Assembly: GCA_041600715.1 (NCBI GenBank)
Contig: JBFIJM010000005.1
Span: 1-59,572, forward strand
Reading direction: 5' to 3'
Origin: Candidatus Saccharimonadales bacterium
GTDB taxonomy: Bacteria > Patescibacteriota > Saccharimonadia > Saccharimonadales > 2-12-FULL-41-12
Length of the DNA: 59,572 bases
Positions 10,901-18,749 of this stretch are shown here, one piece after another (the first letter of the stretch is position 1; the number at the start of each line of letters is the position of its first letter). The notes under the pieces are model-generated. The model made no database searches and was not told where the DNA came from. It worked only from the letters and a program-made list of their open reading frames with translations. The translations under genes and the position numbers were made by a program.

Positions 10901-11091
10901 ACATTGTCAATACTGATATAGACGATAGAAAATTTCTTGAAATAGACCAAGGATATTCTGATTCTAATAAAATGCTGGCTAACTGGAAGGTAAACCCAGA
11001 GGTCTTTTATTTCTTTTTAAAGCAAAAACAATTTGCACATATTGCTAATTTTATCGACTTACCCTCGATAACAGATATTAAAGGACCTTAA
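7924..11091 (+). CDS. Baseplate hub (gp27/Tal-like) protein with a large insertion
   Basis: Follows the tape measure. Contains ISGRDLSKLLIED, PFVEM.FD..G, RKPPFD and FYVEGVS...TTTLQLSRG motifs typical of hub proteins. Confidence 0.7.
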   Translation: MPNSKDSYHKHPHRDSSIETLIDFITDGASIGHGLDITELVAFEDELGEKNIDKIFQLYSSAEETTYSPVRNDLTATNADEIGRLPLKIGTELVLPLAKVDRELRKLDTNQVVDFRTFSQFMSAQLYYLMKDPKYQRTYKIQSSAKAHSIREIFNDLSVWVWSRNLSVDEKGEYSDVLLDITPFIKDITSSVSANGGNFSISLAGVTTEYVKNEGWVIDKNMKFTDDTFISGSGFYKQIKEQVLRNDYFFHNTLQENDVVFIRYEKLDIEPDRENPETLFQIPKSELAGKIFDMIGLIDSNTLSSSATNLDVTVSISGRDLSKLLIEDGVYFYPFDYVSDGIFGNEDAGDRLERYDGQLQSRFQLGFKTIDNTFKFIFNALSSIKITSDSLFDSYASSRDIEDLEYKDRRSRKFYASRNALVLQQKQIEDQNTNVREIKEIIERSVGFDGVPDPPSANAIYNSLKDFVEKLKKDGLAKEENGKFVGWENTTFEGVAIKADVMPTFFGNRLYRDKRVWRDGNGNVLTDQERLDFLKVLERSIANIQLKIKDNLLNRDQIESEEKIDAPEREETAEKSLNDFLIDAVEENNAIVGQRDQLPNDAQAATGGNLQSEAQIEQKLKINFLQAEIARLQAKGKSLKAIILPKKYGALNDFAREAMERIWSLLKQIETYNATVPKDELRLAKGIWQIFKILVDDNVRTRRIVDSSIGNEQGSLMNALRKVAQEPFVEMIFDTYGDQYYVTVRKPPFDKKGMISMLEDQDVLVGKLPSSTTFNVDDFTSIQTNPKAEPNPPLLSAAGESEDVTEPKTLTIDIDDNDIISDQLTYGLTNQIYSWYRLTPQNLIAGQANDMAFAYLKAIYFKEYADIWGSKPLDITTNYVPYFPVVDKNSKLPTAYFIKQGIIDLKFMIESNAYNPFIRSGTVTVIGSRLYKKGTFVRLKSTQEVFYVEGVSNATSISGSAVNRTTTLQLSRGMVEKYIKGIEINGINHSYFNIVNTDIDDRKFLEIDQGYSDSNKMLANWKVNPEVFYFFLKQKQFAHIANFIDLPSITDIKGP

Positions 11092-11093
11092 TT

Positions 11094-12020
11094 ATGAGTA
11101 AAAAATACGTATCAACTAGAGAGATAAGTAAGCGTAATTCAGCCGGAATCGGGTATGTTACACTTCCACTAGATGTAGACAGAGATGTTTACATAAGGAA
11201 TGTCTATAGAAAAGGGTCTATATCTGTTGTATTGGATGATGGAGGGACAATTGATGATGTCCAGGTTACTAAGGGCTGCCTTAGTGAGCTAGTTTTTCCG
11301 GAATCATCAAAAGAGCTAGGGAGTATTGTTTTCTGGGTAAACATCCCGAAAAAGAATCAGCCCGTAATAGTAGGGTGCTTAAATAAGAGCAACGAGTTTG
11401 TTAACCTAAATGAAAACGAGTTCAGTTTTAAAAGAGGCAGTAAGTTCGGATTTGTAGAAGTATCAGGGAATGGTAAGAATGGGGATATGAACTTCATCGT
11501 CAATCACAACCAGGCTAGAGGCAAGATAAACATAATAGCCTCAAACAAGAAAGGAACCGCTGAGGTAAACGTTAACGTAAAGGGTGATGTAAATGTAAAG
11601 ACAAGCAAGAGGGTTAATATTTCTGCAGAGGAATCTTTTAATCTGACAGTGGGGGATGAAAACACGATAGCCGTCCTTAATTATAAAAAGAATGAGGGCT
11701 TTCAATACCTAGATGAATTCAATAATTCAATAGAGCTTAAAGCAGGAGAGGTTGTGATTAATACTTCCAGTGGAAAAAAGATAACAATAAATGACCAAGG
11801 CGGGATAACGATAGATGCAACAGATGAAGGGAACCTTATATTGAAAGCCGGAGTAACAGAGATTGAATTATCAGAACAAGGTTGTGTGATAGATACAGGA
11901 GATAAAGAGCTATTCTTGAATGGCGACAGAAGAGTGTTGTATGCTAAAAGTGACGGGGCTACTAAAATACAGCAAGTAGAAGATATAGGTATAAGTGAAA
12001 ATACAAGAGTAAGCTTATGA
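11094..12020 (+). CDS. Baseplate central spike (gpV/gp5-like)
   Basis: N-terminal OB-like region (LGSIVFWV..P..NQPVIVG) followed by repeated short beta strands. Confidence 0.65.
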   Translation: MSKKYVSTREISKRNSAGIGYVTLPLDVDRDVYIRNVYRKGSISVVLDDGGTIDDVQVTKGCLSELVFPESSKELGSIVFWVNIPKKNQPVIVGCLNKSNEFVNLNENEFSFKRGSKFGFVEVSGNGKNGDMNFIVNHNQARGKINIIASNKKGTAEVNVNVKGDVNVKTSKRVNISAEESFNLTVGDENTIAVLNYKKNEGFQYLDEFNNSIELKAGEVVINTSSGKKITINDQGGITIDATDEGNLILKAGVTEIELSEQGCVIDTGDKELFLNGDRRVLYAKSDGATKIQQVEDIGISENTRVSL

Positions 12021-12421
12021 GTATAGAGACTAAAATAAAATTTGGGGTTACTATGAACCCTAAAATGGGGACTAGAAAAATGACCAAGCTTTGGTTTGAT
12101 GAAGTTAGCCAACAGACTAGAGATTTGTACCCAGACCTGAATGAAATAATGGAGGAGTGTAGAACCATAAACGAAACACTTGATATTAAATCGAAACTAA
12201 AAGAAATCAAGAAGGACATATCTGACGCTACAACGCTAGCAATAAATACTGCAGCGGGTATAGTAGCAGGTATAGCTACACTACCCGCAGATATAGCAGC
12301 AGAAATAGCTGCATTAGCTGACGTACAGATTAGCATAGGCCTTCAGGAAGGTTGTAAGAAAAAGATTCATAAAGAGATTGATAAGATAATACCTACATAT
12401 TTACCAGACGAGGAAAATTAA
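12017..12421 (+). CDS. Hypothetical protein in the baseplate region
   Basis: ATGA overlap with the spike gene. Confidence 0.55.
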   Translation: MSIETKIKFGVTMNPKMGTRKMTKLWFDEVSQQTRDLYPDLNEIMEECRTINETLDIKSKLKEIKKDISDATTLAINTAAGIVAGIATLPADIAAEIAALADVQISIGLQEGCKKKIHKEIDKIIPTYLPDEEN

Positions 12422-12509
12422 AAATAAAATCGTGTTATATCTCTAGGAACAAAACTTCATTATAAGATAGGTTTTTTTACTATCTTTACTCAATAAATAA
12501 TTTATAGCT

Positions 12510-12980
12510 ATGAACGAAAGTAAAAATAACATCATCTCACTTGATTCTTACAAAGGAACTCAATTAGAGAAGTCTTACAAGACAGCAGGAGCCGCAGAAC
12601 CAAGTCTATCACTTATAGACCAAGCTAATGCTATTGCTAAGTCATGTAATGAAAATTATGCCAAAGAGGCTGTTACTGAAGAAGAGCTTGAAAAAGCATT
12701 CGAGCAACTCGATAACGTATTTGCACAGAATTTAGAAAAATCTGAATCTGACATGACTTTCGAAAGAACAGGTGATTTAGGTGACTATTCTTATTCTTTA
12801 ATCGAGAAAGGTGGAAAAGCTCCAAGCGAGGATGAAATCGAAAAGATGTCCAAAATGGAGAAAGGTGAGAAAAAGGCCTACATGGAAAAAATGGGATATT
12901 CTGACGTAGAGAAAGCCGATGATGAGGAAGATGAGGATGGTGACGGAATGGAAGATGAGGAGAAGTCAAACTACGCTTAA
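12510..12980 (+). CDS. Acidic protein with repeated [LIMV]-E/A-K-[SAGM] motifs, putative internal head protein
   Basis: LEKS, IAKS, LEKA, LEKS, IEKG, IEKM, MEKG, MEKM and VEKA in 156 aa. Has its own TATCTTTA box at 12481-12488. Confidence 0.55.
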   Translation: MNESKNNIISLDSYKGTQLEKSYKTAGAAEPSLSLIDQANAIAKSCNENYAKEAVTEEELEKAFEQLDNVFAQNLEKSESDMTFERTGDLGDYSYSLIEKGGKAPSEDEIEKMSKMEKGEKKAYMEKMGYSDVEKADDEEDEDGDGMEDEEKSNYA

Positions 12981-13058
12981 TTAGCCTTCTTTCTAAACGG
13001 GTGATTTAGGAGTAGACCCGATTACCCGAAGTAATAACTATTATAAGGATAATCGTAG

Positions 13059-13802
13059 ATGTCTCTAGAATTTGTCAAAAAAACATTAGTAACCAAATTA
13101 GGCGCACTTGGAAAGGTGGGCCTAAATGGATTATACCCGAATGATTTCGAACTATACGTGTTCGCATTAGAATTGGTTAATTCTAAGGGTGACACAGAGG
13201 AGTATTTCGTATTCCCTATAAATCCTACCAACTTTGACGAATCCTCTCAAGCCAACACCTCAGTTGTTAAGACAATGGGTGGAGTGGTAACTATAGATTC
13301 AAACACTTTTGACCCAGTTGATATAATAATGGGGGGTAATTTCGGAAGAAAGTTAAAGTTTTTGATAGGAGGGGAGCAAATAGATTTTGGAGCGCTATCT
13401 TATTCTACTAGGTCAGGTGTCTATAAGAATGCAAAGGATACTTTCAAGAAAGGTGTTTTTAATTCAAAGATAAAATCAGGATACGGGTGCATCAAGCTTC
13501 TGCAATCATTTCAAACCAAATCAACAGGTTTAGACCAATACAACAAACCCTATTCCCTCTACCTATACAACTTAGCATTAGGCAATAGTTATCTCATCAA
13601 AATTTTAAACCTGACTTTCAAGCAGGATATGAGTAGCAATGGAATATGGAATTATTCTATGCAAATAAAAGGACTAGGCACTATGGATTCAATAGAAGGT
13701 GGTAGGAGTCAAGGTTCATTGTCCGCAAGCTTGGCCGCAGCAAAAATAGTTCAGGGTGCAGCAAACGTTGCATTAAGTAAAACTAAAAGCTTATTAACGT
13801 AA
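13059..13802 (+). CDS. Baseplate/tail tube initiator-like protein
   Basis: YFVFPINP.NF...TMGG motif and synteny. Confidence 0.6.
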   Translation: MSLEFVKKTLVTKLGALGKVGLNGLYPNDFELYVFALELVNSKGDTEEYFVFPINPTNFDESSQANTSVVKTMGGVVTIDSNTFDPVDIIMGGNFGRKLKFLIGGEQIDFGALSYSTRSGVYKNAKDTFKKGVFNSKIKSGYGCIKLLQSFQTKSTGLDQYNKPYSLYLYNLALGNSYLIKILNLTFKQDMSSNGIWNYSMQIKGLGTMDSIEGGRSQGSLSASLAAAKIVQGAANVALSKTKSLLT

Positions 13803-13803
13803 A

Positions 13804-14736
13804 ATGGCTGCTCCTGATAACATACTAGAAGAGTTCGAAAGAATAACAAGATACGATATACGAGCGTACTTCATCAGATTTGCTAATTTCTTGGAGAACA
13901 ATCATCCTAAAATCATATCCTATTACAAAGGAGAGAGTAACAATATTCACACGGAGTCTTTTAACGTACTAAGTAACTTAACGCGTGAAGCAAAAAAAAT
14001 ATTAGAATTAGCATCGCGTAGTTCAAAGTTATTTAATAATTATAAATGGTGGTTGTTCATAGAGCAGATTGAGGATAGTTTAAATGTCTTAGAAACAACA
14101 GCAGCGGCACCGAAATGGTTGCGTAGTGTAGAAAACAACGTAAATTTCACCACAGACCCTGAGGTAGAGATTACTTTACAGCAGAGCCAAACTCTAGAGC
14201 AATTAGCAAGAAAAAAACTAGGCTTCGACAATTGGGATAATGATTGGGATGAGATAGCGAAAAGAAATGATTTAAGAGAAGAGGATTATACACCAGAAGG
14301 GGGTGTGTTTTTACAAGTTTCATTCAAAAACACATTCGCACCTACAGTACAGACGGTAGTAGATACGTTAAAAGACAATAGTATTTACGGAAAGGACATC
14401 TATAAGAAACTCACATTTGAAGATAATGACTTAGTTACACTAAACCCAGTTGACACATTTAAACAGTCAGTGGGTATATTAATACTGCTAAAAAAAGAAG
14501 ATAATCCCGAGTTTCCTAACCAGGGTTATAATTCAAAGCTAGTGGTAGGGAGCAATGTAAATTTTTTAAACTTCCCAACCCTACTAAGACAATTGATAGA
14601 AACTTTTAAAACAGATGATACGATTAGCTCAATGAGAGTACTGGATTTTAAAAGAGATGAGGATGCTGTTTATATTCAATATGAAGTAGAAGGAAGATTA
14701 GGTGATATTCAACAACTGAATACTACACTAACTTGA
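13804..14736 (+). CDS. Baseplate wedge protein (LysM-like region plus gp25-like C-terminus)
   Basis: QTLEQLA...W.EIA..NDL LysM-like segment and a C-terminal P.FP..G...DDTI segment, upstream of baseplate J. Confidence 0.6.
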   Translation: MAAPDNILEEFERITRYDIRAYFIRFANFLENNHPKIISYYKGESNNIHTESFNVLSNLTREAKKILELASRSSKLFNNYKWWLFIEQIEDSLNVLETTAAAPKWLRSVENNVNFTTDPEVEITLQQSQTLEQLARKKLGFDNWDNDWDEIAKRNDLREEDYTPEGGVFLQVSFKNTFAPTVQTVVDTLKDNSIYGKDIYKKLTFEDNDLVTLNPVDTFKQSVGILILLKKEDNPEFPNQGYNSKLVVGSNVNFLNFPTLLRQLIETFKTDDTISSMRVLDFKRDEDAVYIQYEVEGRLGDIQQLNTTLT

Positions 14737-14772
14737 TTTTTTTTTATTAATTTTAAGTAAAATTAGAACGGG

Positions 14773-15981
14773 ATGTCTTTAAACATAAAACCTACAACAG
14801 TCGAAGAGCGTAAACAGATTTACGCCCAAACTTTGTTAAATAAAACCAATAAGGTCAGCAAGATTGCGGACAACAGCGTATTGAATGCTCATGCTTATGG
14901 AGTAGCCAAGGTTGCAGGTAAAGCAGAAAAAGACATTGTTCTGGCGATGAGTAAGCTCTTTCCAGATTTAGCTCACGGAACCCAACTAGACCAAGCAGCT
15001 GATAATTTCGGTATAGCACCACGCTTCGCGACCAGTGAATCATCAACTTCTGTATTGATAGTGGGAGCCCCTGGAACACAATACATAGCGGGAACCCATA
15101 CTTTCGAAAGCAAGAGTGGAATTCAGTTTTCATTAGAGAATGATGTTACTATAGGAACTGAAGGCTTTACTTATGCTAAAATAAGAAGTATCGATGTAGG
15201 AGTGAAAACCAACGTGGAGCCTAACACAATTACAAAAGTATCTCCGGAGCCAACAGGTCACGATTATACTACAAACGAGTATTATGCCCAGTTCGGTAGA
15301 GATGCTGAGAGCGATTCTCTTTTTAGAACGAGAATAAAAGAAGGAAGTAATATCATAGCTACGAGAACGATATCTATGCTAGAGCAGGTGTTTATGAAAA
15401 TAAACAGTAATGTGTTGAGAGTTTTTTATCAAGGTATAAACCAACAAGGGCAACTAGTACTAGCTGTTGTTACACAAAACGGGATTGATTTAAACCAAAG
15501 CGAATTAGATGAAATATTAGATAGAGGAGAGCAATATTTCTCTCTAGTTGAGTTTAGACCTTATGGAAGCAATAGCTACAGTATTGAATTAAGAAACATA
15601 AGCTGGCAGTATATTGATATTTCCTTCAGAGTTGAGCTACTTCAAAACGCAAACGTAGATGTAGTTAGAAAGAATATCCAAATAGGTATATCGAAATACA
15701 TGGATTTCAGATATTGGGTGTCAGGAGAACAGAATGTAGAGTGGGATGAGCTTTTGCAGATAGTAAAAGGCGTTCAGGGGGTTAAGTATGTACCGGACCA
15801 ATATTTCTTTCCAAACAATGACGTTGCAACAGACCCAAACAGATTGCCTAGATTAAGAGGATTTAGGATGCTAAATCTAAACGGGTCAGTTATAGCTGAT
15901 TTACAAGGGGCAGTAAATGCCACCTTCTACCCGAATGTAGCTGACTTCTCGTTTCAACAAACTGTACTTACAACTATCTAA
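14773..15981 (+). CDS. Baseplate J-like wedge protein
   Basis: AHGTQLD..A...GIAPR, G..TNV..N.IT and GRDAESD..FR.RI motifs of the Baseplate_J family. Confidence 0.85.
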   Translation: MSLNIKPTTVEERKQIYAQTLLNKTNKVSKIADNSVLNAHAYGVAKVAGKAEKDIVLAMSKLFPDLAHGTQLDQAADNFGIAPRFATSESSTSVLIVGAPGTQYIAGTHTFESKSGIQFSLENDVTIGTEGFTYAKIRSIDVGVKTNVEPNTITKVSPEPTGHDYTTNEYYAQFGRDAESDSLFRTRIKEGSNIIATRTISMLEQVFMKINSNVLRVFYQGINQQGQLVLAVVTQNGIDLNQSELDEILDRGEQYFSLVEFRPYGSNSYSIELRNISWQYIDISFRVELLQNANVDVVRKNIQIGISKYMDFRYWVSGEQNVEWDELLQIVKGVQGVKYVPDQYFFPNNDVATDPNRLPRLRGFRMLNLNGSVIADLQGAVNATFYPNVADFSFQQTVLTTI

Positions 15982-16283
15982 TGAGTGAGACTAAAAACAT
16001 ACCAAACACAACTTCAGCTACGAGAATAGCTGGAAGTATTAGTATATTCACCGAATATCTCGGAAAAGAGTTTCCTAATATTATAAAGACTTTTATAGCT
16101 CAAATAGTAGGAAGTCAAGATAACGTACCCTATATTGAAGGTGAATTGATAATACAAGCAAAGAATCAGCCAACAGATATTGATTTTTACCTCAGTGACA
16201 AAGGCGCGCTGATACTAGTGGGTGACAGCTGCGAGTTGAAGGGGTATTCTATCGTTAATGGTTATTTAATTTATAAAGGATAA
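15981..16283 (+). CDS. Small baseplate/tail-associated protein
   Basis: TAATG coupling within the tail operon. Confidence 0.55.
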   Translation: MSETKNIPNTTSATRIAGSISIFTEYLGKEFPNIIKTFIAQIVGSQDNVPYIEGELIIQAKNQPTDIDFYLSDKGALILVGDSCELKGYSIVNGYLIYKG

Positions 16284-16286
16284 ACA

Positions 16287-17927
16287 ATGGCAAAGACAAG
16301 TAAAAATTTAGGTTTAGTTCAAGCCATCTTTGTAGGAACTACGCCTCCAAGCAATACCGCTCAATTATGGCATAATTTAAGTAACGGGCTACCATACTAC
16401 TACAATACACTAACTTCTCAATGGGAAACGTTGGTCGGAGGTGGAGGTGGAGGTCCTTTAAGCACAACCCTTGCCTTAGGTAAGCAGACATTAGGGAATG
16501 ATATTGTATATACACAAGGTGACGCAGCTGTGTTTGAAAACTCAGGCTTTAATGTACGAGTTGACGCAAATACTCTAAACGGCAATTATACACAGAAGCT
16601 TCAACCTAAATCAGGCGTCATTGCTTTACTCAGCGATATTACTGCTCACGATGGAAATGGTATCTTTTCTGCTTCTAATAATGGAGGGGCGGTGCCAGCA
16701 GGCTTTAGTGTTGCACTGGCGAGCACCTTTAATTTTTCAGGAGGAATAGGAGTTGGTTTTGGAATTACCCCCTCACAAAGAGTTGAGTTAGGAGAAGGCG
16801 ATTGGGTTGCTTTAAATAGTAATGCTTCAACTACTAACTATGGAGGAGTACGCTTCCAAGAGGTAGGGTTCCCTACTTATGGCGCAAGAATGTTCCAGGA
16901 CGGTAATGTTGATAGATTCATTATTACTACTATGAATGCAGGAGTAGATGCAGGCGGTATTGCTATGGCAAGAGGCTCAGGCCGAGTAGCTTTGTTTGCA
17001 GGCATTACTTCTATTAACCCTTTAGGAAGGCTCCATGTTCGAGGAGAAGGTATTACAAGCGCTACTAGAAGCATTTATGTAACTGACAGCGTAGATGACC
17101 CGACTTTCAGAGTACAGGATGATGGTACAACACTATTTGGATTAGCTACTAATCTGGCTACTAGAGGTAATGTGGAAATAACTGGAACAGGTAATGGTGA
17201 AATAAATATTCATCAGGCGGGTACCCAGGCAGTTAAAGCAAGAATTACATACAGTAGAGCTACATTGGGAGCAACGAGTTGTAAAGTATATGGCTCTGAT
17301 GCAATAGGTTACTCATTTACTTCTCAATATATTCAGTCAAATAACAACCCACTAACGAACGCTTATTTCTCAAGCGATACAGGTCCTTATCAAAATGGAA
17401 CATTCTCCAATTCGGATATTAGGTTTGGAGGAAATATGTCAATTAGAAATATAGCATCAGGAGCCAATGAAAAAACTGTTGCTAGTAGGTTAAGGCTTGA
17501 GTCCCTAGTATCTGCCACTATAAATGATTACGACCCCGGTGCAGATAATCTACATATCTTCGGTATAGCTAACCAAGGATGGATGCTTCATATAGATAAT
17601 ACAGGGGCAAATGTTGACACAGAAACTGCTGCTCTTGGTGTCGTAACGCAGTATAATATAGTAAAAATAGAAAGAATAGGAATATCTGCTGCTAATGGCG
17701 GTGTAGGCTCTACAGTTACCTATACAGAGGCAGCTTCGTTAAGAATTGAAGGGGCACCAACTAATGATTCAAGTACAGATATCACTAACCCCTACGCTCT
17801 TTATATTGTGCAAGATGAGAGTTATTTTGGAGGAAATGTAACACTAGCCAATCTACCAGTAGCAGCCGCAGGCTTGCCAACCGGAGGTCTTTGGAATAAT
17901 GCTGGAGTCGTTAATATAGCACCATAA
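16287..17927 (+). CDS. Tail fibre/spike protein 1
   Basis: Gly/Thr/Asn-rich beta-type sequence, GTTPPSNTAQLW anchor, poly-Gly hinge, LHVRG repeats and an LP....GLP.GGLWN C-terminus. Confidence 0.7.
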   Translation: MAKTSKNLGLVQAIFVGTTPPSNTAQLWHNLSNGLPYYYNTLTSQWETLVGGGGGGPLSTTLALGKQTLGNDIVYTQGDAAVFENSGFNVRVDANTLNGNYTQKLQPKSGVIALLSDITAHDGNGIFSASNNGGAVPAGFSVALASTFNFSGGIGVGFGITPSQRVELGEGDWVALNSNASTTNYGGVRFQEVGFPTYGARMFQDGNVDRFIITTMNAGVDAGGIAMARGSGRVALFAGITSINPLGRLHVRGEGITSATRSIYVTDSVDDPTFRVQDDGTTLFGLATNLATRGNVEITGTGNGEINIHQAGTQAVKARITYSRATLGATSCKVYGSDAIGYSFTSQYIQSNNNPLTNAYFSSDTGPYQNGTFSNSDIRFGGNMSIRNIASGANEKTVASRLRLESLVSATINDYDPGADNLHIFGIANQGWMLHIDNTGANVDTETAALGVVTQYNIVKIERIGISAANGGVGSTVTYTEAASLRIEGAPTNDSSTDITNPYALYIVQDESYFGGNVTLANLPVAAAGLPTGGLWNNAGVVNIAP

Positions 17928-17947
17928 CATTAAAAAAAAGAAAAATC

Positions 17948-18322
17948 ATGATACAAGTAAATGCAACAACACACACAAAAAGAGGGGTAACGATTTCAAT
18001 CGGGTCGATTTTATGTATAACGCCTCACTTCTTAGAGCCGAGGAGAAACGAAGAGCTCACAGCTGTCGAATATGATATGTCTTTCGATGTAAAGATTTAT
18101 AAAAACTTGGCTGACTATGAAGCAGGCAAAGACGTTTTGATTAATGACTCTATACTAGAATATAACATAGGGTTCACCGCTATTAATGTAGATATTGCAG
18201 CCCTAACTTCTGTCAATGATTTATTGCAAATATTAGCGAACCATATCGAAAATGGAGATGGTGGGGAATATGCAGGAGTGGGTGCAGGGAAGACAGCAAT
18301 TGTATTTCCCTATTCAGTTTAA
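17948..18322 (+). CDS. Hypothetical protein, possible fibre chaperone
   Basis: Small ORF immediately after the fibre gene. Confidence 0.55.
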   Translation: MIQVNATTHTKRGVTISIGSILCITPHFLEPRRNEELTAVEYDMSFDVKIYKNLADYEAGKDVLINDSILEYNIGFTAINVDIAALTSVNDLLQILANHIENGDGGEYAGVGAGKTAIVFPYSV

Positions 18323-18358
18323 ATAATCAAATAAATATAAATCGTAAAAATCGTAAAC

Positions 18359-18739
18359 ATGGGAAAGTTAAAGTTGAACACAAAACTAAAAGATGAAAAA
18401 GGTAATGAGCTTGGAACAAAAATTCAATGCTTGGTTGTGAATGCAAACAACACCTTCGAGACAGATAAGACGGGAAACCTTATAGTAGCAGAGAGAGAGG
18501 ATAATTCAATCAAGCAAACATTAAAAGATGTTATATGCACATCTCTCCTCCATGATAGTCCTAGTAAACCGCTATCGGGAGTAGAAAAGAGTAAGAGGTA
18601 CAAACTATGGTTATTGATAACTAACTCAGGAGAGACCGTAGATTTAAAGCCTGACGAGATTGTAATTATCAGAGACTGTATTCTAGAAGTACAGCCGATT
18701 TTGATTGGAGGTCAGTGCGAAGTATTATTAGAAGAATAA
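18359..18739 (+). CDS. Hypothetical protein, possible fibre chaperone
   Basis: EK.KRYKL....VDL..DEI..I pattern seen in small genes next to fibre genes. Confidence 0.55.
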   Translation: MGKLKLNTKLKDEKGNELGTKIQCLVVNANNTFETDKTGNLIVAEREDNSIKQTLKDVICTSLLHDSPSKPLSGVEKSKRYKLWLLITNSGETVDLKPDEIVIIRDCILEVQPILIGGQCEVLLEE

Positions 18740-18749
18740 AATAAAATAA

